64,000 nt of DNA, from positions 17,829-81,828 of the forward strand of contig JAFTYW010000036.1 in NCBI GenBank assembly GCA_017461245.1, given 5' to 3'. The stretch's first letter is position 1. Each line of letters begins with the position of its first letter. The DNA is from Oscillospiraceae bacterium. GTDB taxonomy: Bacteria > Bacillota > Clostridia > Oscillospirales > Ruminococcaceae. The notes below the pieces were generated by a model. That model was given only the letters and a program-made list of their open reading frames with translations. It was not told the origin of the DNA and made no database searches. Positions 1 through 11,100 of the stretch are shown one piece after another. A program made the translations under genes and the position numbers.

Positions 1-1418
1 AACTGCTCTAACTCATCTCGGCTTTCAAACTTGTAGATAGGCAGGTGCTTTTGAGAGTCTTGATACATTTTTGAGATGTTGAGCGCCGATTCGTAGATCC
101 AGCTTTTAGTCGTATAATTTGCATAAGAGATCTTATAAGGAACGTCAACAGAGCCCGCTTCGACAAGATAGATTGCAAAAACATTGTTTATTTGGGCGGG
201 ATAGCTTTCTAAGATTTGTCCGTTATAAACTACCATTACCCTACTGCCGACCGCGAGATTAGGAATGGGAATTTGGGATATAACGTTCTTTGAAACAGAG
301 ATTTTATCCGAGGACCTAAATTCATTGCTATCCTTATCGGGCGATACCAAAATAGAATTTGAGCCTACCTCAAGAACAGTGGCGTTAAAAGAAGCGTTTA
401 CATTCTCCTCTTGACTAATACCACTACTTACGCCACCGCTCACATTACTGCCATTACTGCTTGACGGTTCTTTATTATCGTTTGTTTTGGGATTGGTGAG
501 CAGGCAGACTGCCGCTACGGACACAGCGAGGATCGATGCTATGATTATCCAAACAGCAGGCTTTTTAAAGCTAAGCACCGATTTAATGCGGCTCTTTACA
601 GAGGTCTCTCCGAATGCAAGCGGGCAAGCCGCAAGCATTTTGCGAGGCACGCTGCAATTTATAAGCGCGTCGGAGTAAGGCTTTTTAACCTCTGCACCGA
701 GAGAGCCGATAACCTTTTCGTCGCAGGCAAACTCAATATCTCTGCAAAGCAGGAAATACGCCAGCCACAATACAGGATTAAACCAGTAGACCGCCAAAAT
801 GAGAAAACCGAGAGGTTTCCAAAGATGGTCGAGGCGCTTTAGGTGTGCCTTTTCGTGCGCTATTACGTACTCTGCATCCGCCTCGCTCATTGACGAGGGC
901 AAATAAATTCTTGGGCGGAAAACGCCGAGGATAAAGGGTGTGTCAATATCGTCGCATATAAAGACATTTTCCTTTACACATATCGAGGCACTGACCCTTT
1001 TATAAATTCGCAGATAGCTTACCAAGGTATAAACGAGCATTACGGCTATTCCCGCGAGCCAAATCACTGCAAGAATACTCATAATATCATATCCGTTATT
1101 TGCAGGCACTGTTACACCCTCGTAATAATGGCTGCCAAGATAATCATTTACGCGGTCATCGACAAAATTTATTCCGGTGTTGATATCAAAGCTATTTTCT
1201 GTCAAAAGCTCATCGGGGATAGTCTGAGCGCTGGGTATAAGGCTGAAAATGCTCTCAATAGAAAACGGCAAAACCAGCCTTATGCCGACAAGTGCCCACA
1301 TAATGCAGTGAATAAACTTAGGCGCTTTTTTGAAAACAAGGCGCAGAACAACAACCGCCAGTACAAGCCAACTTGCCGTTATGCTTAAATTTACGAGTTT
1401 AAGAAAAATCTCACTCAT
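1..1418 (-). CDS. BlaR1/MecR1-family M56 membrane metallopeptidase-type signal transducer (C-terminus runs off the left edge)
   Basis: Absent from the ORF track because it is open to the window edge. My translation from the ATG at 1418 gives MSEIFLKLVNLSITASWLVLAVVVLRLVFKK... It has several TM segments and an HEKAH (HExxH) zinc motif encoded near 845-860. An ATGA start/stop overlap links it to the upstream blaI-like gene. The extracytoplasmic C-terminal part (Ser/Asn-rich linker, then ...VLEVGSNSILVSPDKD...) does not look like a penicillin-binding sensor. Confidence 0.8.
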   Translation of the reverse strand, partial: MSEIFLKLVNLSITASWLVLAVVVLRLVFKKAPKFIHCIMWALVGIRLVLPFSIESIFSLIPSAQTIPDELLTENSFDINTGINFVDDRVNDYLGSHYYEGVTVPANNGYDIMSILAVIWLAGIAVMLVYTLVSYLRIYKRVSASICVKENVFICDDIDTPFILGVFRPRIYLPSSMSEADAEYVIAHEKAHLKRLDHLWKPLGFLILAVYWFNPVLWLAYFLLCRDIEFACDEKVIGSLGAEVKKPYSDALINCSVPRKMLAACPLAFGETSVKSRIKSVLSFKKPAVWIIIASILAVSVAAVCLLTNPKTNDNKEPSSSNGSNVSGGVSSGISQEENVNASFNATVLEVGSNSILVSPDKDSNEFRSSDKISVSKNVISQIPIPNLAVGSRVMVVYNGQILESYPAQINNVFAIYLVEAGSVDVPYKISYANYTTKSWIYESALNISKMYQDSQKHLPIYKFESRDELEQ

Positions 1419-1783
1419 TTTCTCCCCTCCTCATACTCTTTGACCATTCGGCGAAGCTCGTTAACCTCCTCGTCTGTAAGGGCTTTTCTTGCAGTAAAGG
1501 CGGCAAGAAATGCGGGAAGCGAGCCGTCAAAGGTGTCCTCAACGAACTTCTCGCTCTGAATGGCGTAAAACTCCTCTCTCGAAATGAGAGCGGTAACTGT
1601 GCTGTTCTCGGTTAAAAAGATACCTCTCTCGCAGAGCTTTTTTAAGACTGTATAGGTAGTAGTTCTCTTCCAGTTTAAGTTTTCCTCGCAAAGTTTTATA
1701 AGCCGTTTTGTTGTAAGCGGCTGATTCTGCCATACAATATCGGCGAACCTTGCCTCAACTGCTCCGAGTTTTGCGTTTTCCAT
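1415..1783 (-). CDS. BlaI/MecI/CopY-family winged-helix transcriptional repressor
   Basis: 122 aa with the typical length and N-terminal wHTH region (ARFADIVWQNQPLTTKRLIKLCEENLNWKRTTTYTVLKKLCERG). It is translationally coupled to the M56 gene downstream. Confidence 0.85.
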   Translation of the reverse strand: MENAKLGAVEARFADIVWQNQPLTTKRLIKLCEENLNWKRTTTYTVLKKLCERGIFLTENSTVTALISREEFYAIQSEKFVEDTFDGSLPAFLAAFTARKALTDEEVNELRRMVKEYEEGRK

Positions 1784-1859
1784 TTTTCTGCCCCCTTTAT
1801 TTAAAAGCTACAAGAACTACATTATCAAGCTTTGTATGCTTTGTTTTATCTTTAATTTT

Positions 1860-1888
1860 AGTCTATCACCAATAGACAGATTTGTCAA
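1860..1888 (-). promoter_or_regulatory. Sigma-A-type promoter of the blaI/blaR1-like operon with an embedded palindrome
   Basis: The minus strand reads TTGACA (1888-1883), a 17-nt spacer, then TAGACT (1865-1860). The perfect inverted repeat GTCTAT-N5-ATAGAC (1861-1877) fills the spacer and -10 region. Two direct CTACA copies lie further downstream, near 1808-1822. Confidence 0.5.
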
Positions 1889-1923
1889 TACCTTTTTCTC
1901 TGCCCAAAAACCAGTTAAAATTG

Positions 1924-1962
1924 CACAAAAAACGGCAGGTCGCAAAGACCTGCCGTTTTTGT
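1924..1962. terminator. Bidirectional intrinsic terminator ending the giant-gene transcript
   Basis: Stem AACGGCAGGTC / GACCTGCCGTT (1931-1941 / 1947-1957) with a 5-nt loop and T-runs on both strands. Confidence 0.8.
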
Positions 1963-2013
1963 TGTTTAATTATCTCCCGCGGGATTTGGCTTGTTATTTA
2001 AGCAAGCTCCTTT

Positions 2014-2133
2014 TTATTCCCAATCATCATCAGGAAGCACTACCTCATTTTTACCACCGCTTGTTCGGATAACATCACGCGCGGTTATTAGGGTTACCTC
2101 CATCTCGGGCTCAATATACTGTTTAGTTTCCAT
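2014..2133 (-). CDS. Unannotated 39-aa acidic small protein, co-transcribed with the giant gene
   Basis: It falls below the ORF-track size cutoff. ATG at 2133, TAA at 2016-2014. The SD AGGGAGAG sits 5 nt upstream, within the 12-nt gap after the giant-gene stop. The peptide is METKQYIEPEMEVTLITARDVIRTSGGKNEVVLPDDDWE. The terminator follows about 50 nt downstream. Confidence 0.55.
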   Translation of the reverse strand: METKQYIEPEMEVTLITARDVIRTSGGKNEVVLPDDDWE

Positions 2134-2145
2134 CGTTCTCTCCCT

Positions 2146-5100
2146 TTATTGATTTATAAGTTCGTAATATACACATGCAGAATTTCCGTATTTCATCATT
2201 GCTTTTACAAGCTTACTCAGATTTTCATCCTCATCGTTTTGCTTTGTATATGCGTATGACTCAATACTATAGCATATCGTGTTACTTACAGCTACATCTC
2301 CGTTGTATACAGTTACATAAACTGCTTCACTCATCTGTGCGGCGCTTAAACAATCAAAGTAGACATAATAGTTATCTTCTGTCTTTTCAAATTCTCTACT
2401 CTTAATTGTCCATTTTTCTCCGTCTTCTGTTGTTATTTTAACAGTAAGATTTTGAATGTTCTCAGCATAAAGCTTGAATCTCAATGTTATTGAATCTCTA
2501 AGATTTAAGCCTGCGCCCTTCCATGTAACTGTGGGATTTTCTATTGTAGCGTATTCTTTATTCATTACTGATTCGAGCGTCGGGTCTTCTGCTGTTCCCC
2601 AAGCCTTTTGAGTTTCTGTGAGCGAAGCATTTACCAATGCATCTGTTCTATAACTCTGGTATGTCTGTGTTTCTGCTCCGTAATTAAGCAGATCTACAAG
2701 CAGGGTTCTGAATTCTGCATAGGCATCTGCCGAGTACTTGTTGAGCATATTGTAGCAGTATTCTGCTACGCTGTATTCTCTTGTTTCACTTTCATTTAAG
2801 GTGTTTCCGAAGTTTGCATAAAGGGTTGCATAAATAGTGTCGTTCATCTGGTAGGGTGCAATATCTGTAAAGTCAAATATATATTTGTCACCATCTACTC
2901 TGTATTCACTTACTACTGTTTCTTTACCATTTAATACAAACTTAACATAAGGATCTGAATATCCGTTCTCCTCAAACAAGGATTTTTTGACCTTATAGTT
3001 TATTGCAAGATTATCCTGTAATGTAAGTGATGCGCCTGAGAATTTAAGGTCTGCACCTTCTACGCTCAAGGTCTCGTCGGTTGCTGTTAATGCAAAGGTT
3101 GAGAATCTGTCGACCTCGAAGGTTATGGTATTAGGATCGTCGTCAAGGTCTGCAAGTGTTACTACCTCTCCGTTATGAACGTGAAGCATATTGTAATGCT
3201 TGTATCCGCGGTATTCCTCGGGAATATCCATTGTGATGCGGAATTTGCCCTTTGCTCCTGTATCCTTATACACATTTGTGATCTTGGTTTCCTCATCACC
3301 GCTGGTCTTAGTCATTGAGATCTCGTAATACTGCTTGATCTCTTTCTCTCCTGCGGTGTCCTGCATTGAATGGTGTATAAAGTCTTGCTCGTTCTTTATT
3401 CCATCAGTGCTTGCGGTATGTCCGTCTGTCTTGGTTACATTGATCGTAAAGGTTATTTCTTCTTTATTCTCAATGTTATCTCCGGAAAGGGCCAGACCTC
3501 CGTTTTCTACAGTTACCTTCTCGTTTTCGTTATCGGTTACTGCGTTGTAGGTTACGTTTGACAACCATTCCAGATATTTATTAAGGCGGTCAACATACTC
3601 CTTGGAGAGCTGTTTCTTTTCCTTATCAGAAAGTGCGTCGTAATGACGTTTTTCTTCTGCTATTCTATCTCTATAGTTTGCTGCCTCATTTCGATCCTTA
3701 AGCTCGGGGATATCGTTTTTAAACTTATCTTCTCTATCCTTGATCTTATCGCTCTTCTTAACAAATATATCGGTATTTCCATATACCTTACCGTCGCGTA
3801 CGACAACAACTGCAAAGCTCATTCCGTAGCTTTCTGTTATTGCGGTGACGAAGTACATTCCGTCTCTTACGTTTTTGAATACATATTTACCGTTATTTGT
3901 TGTTGTGCAGCGTGCTATTTCGTTATAGAATACATCGCGCAGGATAACCTCGCTTATCTGAGCCTCGCCCTGTGCTGTTACCTTTCCTGCAACTGTTGCA
4001 AGGTGGTCGTTCTCCTCATACAGAACTATTGTTTCTGCCTGGATGAGTCCGACTGCCTCTACGGTTACATAGGCGTAGCCCTTTAAGGCGTGGTTTCTGT
4101 CAAAGCCGTGTTTTTTATCCGGGCGCATTTCTGCAGTTTCTGCTACTATACTATAATTTCCGAGGGGAACATTTTCAAAGCGATATTCTCCTTGGCTATT
4201 GCTCTTGCACTGTGCAACGGCCACACCATCCTGATTATACAGGGTTACCTGTATCCACTTACGGCGGTTATGTCCTTTATCTCTGTCCTCTATCTCTACA
4301 TATCCCCAGATGGTTGCTGACTCTGCAGGAATTTCAAGGGTTATATCCGTTACTGTTCCGTTATGAACGGTAATTTCCTGTGTTACGCTTCCATTTTCGG
4401 TTTCTGCAGTTATTACATAGCTACCGTTGGGCAGGTTGTCTATTGTGAAGTTTCCGTTTGCATCGGTTGTAACGCTGACTATTACGTTTCCGTTTTCATC
4501 GGTTACTGTTACCTTTGAATTTCCTTCACTTACTGTTCCGCTGATGCTATAGCTCTTTTCGAGCTTAAGCTCTACATCTCCCTCTACGAAAACATCTGTA
4601 TCGTTCATTCTCTTTACAGAGATCTTACTTGATGCGCTGTTTCCGTTTACATCGGTTACCTTTATGGTATAATCTCCGATCTCTACATAGGTAAACGAGA
4701 ACTTACCTGTTGCATCGGTGGTTACTGTTTCCTTAACCTTTCCGTCTGCATATACCATCTGAACTGTTAAGCCTGTTGCTGCGGTTCCGTCGGTATATTT
4801 TACGGTTCCGCCAACCGAGGTTCCGTAGGAAACGTCGGGGTTCTCGGTCTTATTAATTACATGATAGGGATGATCAAACTCAACTGCATAGTTATGTGCG
4901 GGTGAGTTTTCATATACCATAAGCACTGTTGTTAACGGGAACAGCTCTGCTGCGCTCTCCAATACTGTATTCTCGGGAATAACTACGTTATCCAGTGAGC
5001 TACAGCCTGTGAATGCTGAATAGTATATATACTCTACACTGTCGGGCAGGGTTAACTGGGTCAGTGCGCTACAGCCATAAAACGCGTTGTCATATATGGT

Positions 5101-8100
5101 TGTTACAGCCTCGGGAATAACTATGCTTGTAAGGTTAGGACAGTTAGAGAAGAGCGAGGCGCTGATATTGTCAAGCTTACTTGAAAGCTTAACGGTTATA
5201 AGCGAACTACAGTTCTCAAATACTGCTACACCCATACTTGTTACGCTATTGGGAATGGTAACTCTTTTAAGTGAAGTACATCCGTAGAATGCAAAGTCAT
5301 CTACAGTTTTAACGCTGTTTGGAATAACTACCTGAGCTAATGCTGTACATTCATAGAATGCCTGCGAGTTAAGTATGGTAACTCCATTAGGAATAACCAC
5401 CTTAGTAATTGAGTCATTATTGTAGAATGCCGCAACTCCAATACTGGTTACCTTGTGTCCGTCTAAGCTCGGGGGGATTATGACCTCGGTTGCATCGCCG
5501 ATATATCCAGTTATCTCGGCTGTGCCGTTTGCAAGGATGGTGTACTCGAAGTCTGCCTCGTTTGAGTAATTGCCGTAAGACGCGCCGCAGACCTCACAAA
5601 CAGCCTTCTCGGTTTCTGTTGCGGTGCCGCCTGTGTGGGCGCCTGTTGCAGAGATTACTGTGCCCTTTTCTAATATAGTGCCGCAGTCCTTACATACAAC
5701 GTTGCCGGTGTATCCGTCTGCGCCGCAGGTTTCTTCTACAGCATTTCTGAGTTCGGTATTTGTGCCGTGGTTTGCGGCATCAAGCTCTCCGTAGGAAACG
5801 CCGCAAACCTCACAAACAGCCTGCTTGCTACAGGTTGCATTTCCGCCGGTGTGTCCAGACACCTCTCTTGTATTACCGCATGCATTACATACAGCATCGC
5901 AGGCATTATCATAGGTATGATCTACCTCAACAGTTCGAGTCCAACCACAGTTGTTACAGCTGCTGTCACAATCGCCGCTGTAGGTATGCTCGCCTATGCA
6001 GGTGTTGTAATGCCAGGTTGCATTAAGAAGATATTCATTATCTGTACCAAAGGTGATATTTTCTTTATCTGCCTCGGTGCCATCATACCAAACATCTGTA
6101 AGTGATACACATTCACTAAATGCATATTCGCCTATGGTTGTTACGCTATTGGAAATTGTGATGCTTGTAAGAGAAGTACAATTACAAAATGCATAATCGC
6201 CTATGCCGGTTACACTATCGGGAATTGTAATGTCTTTAAACGCGCTGCATTCACAAAATGCAAAATCACCTATGCTTGTTACGCTATCGGGAATTGTAAT
6301 GTCTTTAAGCGCGCTACACCCCTCAAATGCACTATCACCTATACTTGTTACACCATCAGGAATTGTGATGCTTGTAAGCGAATAACAACCATAAAATGTG
6401 TTGTCGTATATGGCTGTTACAGCCTCGGGAATAACGATGCTTGTAAGCGAATAACAGCCTCCAAATGCATCAGAGCCTATAGTTGTTACGCTATCGGGAA
6501 TTGTGATGCTTGTAAGCGAGCTACAATTATAAAATGCATAATCGCCTATGCCGGTTACGCTATCGGGAATTGTGATGCTTGTAAGCGAACTACAGTTATA
6601 AAATACGCTTACGCCTATACTTGTTACGCTGTCGGGTATTATAACACTGGTAAGAGCAAAACAATTCAAAAATACGCCATTGCCTATGCTTGTTACACTG
6701 TCAGGGATAGTGATGCTTACGAGTGAACTGCATTCACCAAACGTTCCACCGCCTATGCTTGTTACGCCATCAGGAATTGTGATGCTTGTAAGCGAATCAC
6801 ACCTATAAAATGCCTCATTTCCTATGCCGGTTACCTTATAGCCGTCGATAGTTGAGGGAATGGTAAGCTCGGTTTCTGAGCCTGTGTAGCCTGTTATCTC
6901 GATAGTTCCGTCTTCTAATACATTGTAGGTGTAATCAGAGGAAACAGCATAATCACCATACTCCTGTCCGCAGACATCACAAACAGCCTTCTGGGTCTCG
7001 GTTGCGCTGCCGCCTGTATGCTCGCCTGTTGCGGCAATAGTTGTGCCTGTTTCAATCACTGTGTTACAGTCAAGGCACCAGGTGTCGCCTGTATAGCCCT
7101 CATCGACACAGGTTGCATTTACTGCATCTCTGATCTCGGTGTTTGTGCCGTGAGCTGATGCATCAAGCTCTCCGTAGGACGTGCCGCAAACGGTACATAC
7201 TGCCTTATTTATACAGGTTGCTGTGCCGCCGCTGTGAGCGCCTGTTGCAGCAATAGTTGTACCTGTTTCAATCACTGTGTTACAGTCATAGCACCAGGTA
7301 TCGCCTGTGTAGCCGTCCTCACCGCAGGTTGCTTCTATTCTGCCTTTTATGGCAGTGTTAGGACCGTGGCCCAGTAAAGGAACTATATTACCCTCTTCAA
7401 TAATAGTGTTACAGTCAAGACACCATGTATCTCCCGAGTAACCATTTTCCAAACAGGTTGCCGCTAATTGATCTCTGATCTCGGTGTTTGTGCCGTGGGC
7501 TGTAGTGTCAAGCTCGCCGTATTCCTCGCCGCAAACAGCACATACTGCCTTTTTGCTACAAGTTGCGGTGCCACCTGTATGTTTACCGTTTTCACAGCCG
7601 GTGTAGTCACCCTTAAACTCGTCAAGGGCCTTAACGATCTTCATATCGCCTGTGTAGAAGGTTTTACCGTTTGTGTCAGAGAGATATCTGAATCCAACGG
7701 CTGTAACATTCTCTATAGCGGTAGAATTATAGAACTGCGACTGCGGAACTATGATCCAACCATCAAAGTTTGCGGGAATATTATAGGTTGTTGATGATTC
7801 TGTTATGGTTATGCAGGTATTATCTGTGTAGTTGATCAAAACTACATTCTGCCAATCGCATTTTCCGGTATTAGCATTTGTTGTGCCAACATGGATGTAG
7901 GCAGGAGTTTCTGTATCGCCAACGATCTTATGGCGAATTGCAACATAGTTGTAATCAGCAGCATCTGAATAAAGTGCGCTTATAGGCTGAACGCCGTAAA
8001 GCTCGCCTTCGTACGTGCCGCCTGCAGCGGTATTATCTGCTGTAGCGTTATAGCAAACGTTAAGCTCATAGGTTACAGGGAGATATGTTACCTGAGCAAC

Positions 8101-11100
8101 CTGCTCTTCAGTAACCTCGGTCTTAAACATATACTCTCCGTTTACATCTACACTGTCCTGATTATAGAACTTAGCGGTAGCTTTTTCGGTTGTTGTCCAT
8201 CTGGCCATACCCCAATAATATCCTGTTCCCTGAGGCTTATTCCAGCCGGTGTTATTATAGCTGATATTACCATCATCGCCAGGCTCGGGAACGGTAAAGA
8301 TATTTTTGTGATTTACAAGTGCAGGCTTAAGCTCGCCGTAGGCCTCGCCGCAGACATCGCATATTGCCTTCTCGGTCTCGGTTGCGGTGCCGCCTGTGTG
8401 GACGCCTGTTGCTGCAATGGTCGAACCTGTTGCGATCTTGGTGTTACAGTCAAGGCACCAGGTGTCGCCTGTATAGCCACCATCAACACAGGTTGCATCT
8501 GCTGCATCTCTGATTTCGGTATTCGCGTGATTAGTTGTGTCTACCTCACCGTATTCCTCACCGCAAAGTGCACAAACTGCCTTATTTATACAGGTTGCTG
8601 TTCCGCCTGTATGCTCGCCTATTGCAGAGATTACAGTGCCCGTTGCTATCTGGGTGTTACAGTCAATACACCAGGTATCGCCTGTATATCCATCATCGAC
8701 ACAGGTTGCATCTACTGCATCTCTGATCTCGGTGTTTGTGCCGTGAGCTGTAGTGTCAAACTCACCGTATTCCTCACCGCAAATCGTACAAACAGCCTTT
8801 TTGCTACAAGTTGCAGTTCCGCCTGAGTGAACTACATCTGCAAAGGCAACGGCGTGAACACTGTTAAACTGCTCTTTGTCGCTGAATACTACAATATCGC
8901 CGAGATAGAGAATCTTGTTGTCCCAGTCGCTGACACTATCATCAAATAAATGGGTGTCCGCACAGGTAGACTCATCATGCATAAATATCTGAATGCTTGC
9001 GACGCTTTCAGTCCAGATAGTTTTGCCATCATAGGTTTCGCTACCATAAGTCACACCGTCAGAAGCACTCATCGGGAATACTACCCAACCGTCAAACTCG
9101 CCCGTAAAGACGAGGTTGTATCCAGTCCATTCGGGGTCAATAACGGCTCCCGTCACCTTGTCAATGAGATAGGCTTCACTTAAATCTTGGATAAGCCTAT
9201 TAGAAGTGATACTACCATCGAGATTTACACCACTCCATAAGAAGAATGAACTCTTCTTATTTTCATCATTAAGCTCATCGATCTTAACTCTTATACCAAC
9301 ATAATTAAGGTTAGTTCTATCGATAGAGCTATGAAGTCCTGCCTCTGTTTCGGTCGCTCCGTTAAGATTGGCAATGCCACCATTATATGTGATTGAGTTT
9401 ACAAGGAAAGCCTGGTTTACGCAGCCTCTATCGGTACCTGCTTTTTCGTGTCCATCAGGATAGACCTCGCATTTATCAAGCTCGATAAAGGTTTCGCCAT
9501 GGATATTTTTTAAGAACAATCGCGAATAAGATACTGTTGATGTATGGGTTCCGTCCTCATTTTTAGCAAGAGCATAACTACCAGGCCAGCCCATATCTCG
9601 TTTTCCTAAAAGGGATTCATTCCACGCAAGATAAGGATGAGCTGAAATATCGTCATAGACATTCATAAAATAGCTTGCGCCGTCGCCCTTATGTGTGCTG
9701 TAAGGCGCGGTCCAAACCTCTTTGGATACTATGTTTGTCGACTCGGGATATTTAGCATAAATGGTATACTTTACATCCTTAGGAAGACTTGTTAAGGTTG
9801 CATTAAATGCCTCAAGGCTGAGCCAATTCTCCTCTGCGGCATCCTTATCCAGCGAGTAAACAAGTCCGGTTTTTGTGCTGGATACTGTAATAGAGGTTTC
9901 GGTTGAGGTAACCTCAAATTCCACAGTGAGAAGCTCGCCGTAAGACGCGCCGCAGACCTCGCATATTGCCTTCTCTGTTTCTGTTGCGGTGCCACCTGTG
10001 TGAGCTCCTGTAGCTTCTCTTGTCCAATCACAGTTGTTACAGGTGGAATCGCAATCGCCGCTGTAGGTATGCTCACCTGTGCAGGTGTTGTAGTGCCAGG
10101 TTGCATTTAAGAGGTTGTTATTATCTGAATCCTCATAAATGTAAATTTCGGCTTTCTGTGCTTCGGTGCCGCCATACCAAACATCTGTAAGTGATACACA
10201 TTCACTAAATGCATATTCGCCTACGCTTGTTACGCTGGCGGGAATCGTGATGCTCTTGAGAGAGCTACAACCGTTGAAGGTCGTTACAGCTATTTCTGTT
10301 ACGCCGTCAGGAATTATAATGCTGGTAAGTGCAGAACAGTACACGAACAAGCCGCCGCCTATACTTGTTACACCATCAGGAATTATAATGTTTTCAAGAG
10401 ACGAACAGCCTTCAAATACCTGCCATCCTATACTTGTTACGCTATCGGGAATTGTAATGCTTGTAAGCGAAGTACAGAACTCAAATAAATCGTCTGATAA
10501 ATGTGTTATTCCGTTAGGAAGTGTAACGCTTGTAAGCGAGGTGCAGCCATCAAATGCAAGGCGTTCTATGCTTGTTACGCTGTCAGGAATTGTAACACTT
10601 GTAAGCGAGGTGCAGCCAACAAATGCCTCAACACCTATGCTTATTACGCTGTCAGGGATTGTGATGCTTGTAAGAGAATTACAATGCAAAAACGCAGAAT
10701 CGCCTATGCTTGTTACACCATCAGGAATTGTAACACTTGTAAGTGATTCGCAATAACTAAATGCATTATTGCCAATTGCGGTCACCTTATAGCCGTCGAT
10801 GGTTGAGGGAATGGTAAGCTCGGTTTCTGAGCCTGTGTAATCGGTTATCTCAATTGTTCCATCTTCTAATACATTGTAGGTGTACTCATTTAAATAATGC
10901 CAGGTTGCATTTAAGAGGTAGTCATTGCTTGCGCCAAAGGTGATATTTTCTTTATCTGCCTTGGTGCCGTTATACCAAACGTCTGTGATAGCGGTACAGC
11001 CTAAAAACGCGTATTCTCCTATAGATGTTACGGTATTAGGAAGCACTACGCTTGTAAACGAGGTGCATCCTTCAAATGCACAGGCATTTATGGTTGTTAC

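Noticed and set aside
487-1388. Plus-strand ORFs 487-678 and 1128-1388.
   Set aside because: They are antisense to the BlaR1-like M56 gene, which is open to the window edge and has clear HExxH and TM features.
8308-8826. 172-aa plus-strand ORF, and similar ones at 3643-4086, 5767-6105, 7468-7794, 10166-10756, 11543-11818 and 12430-12723, plus the out-of-frame minus-strand ORFs 9792-10106 and 12213-12626.
   Set aside because: All lie inside the 13.8-kb giant CDS. Their low-complexity, repeat-mirroring translations (for example VTPSGIVMLVSE periodicity) are the reverse-complement shadow of the LRR and Cys repeats. None has an RBS.
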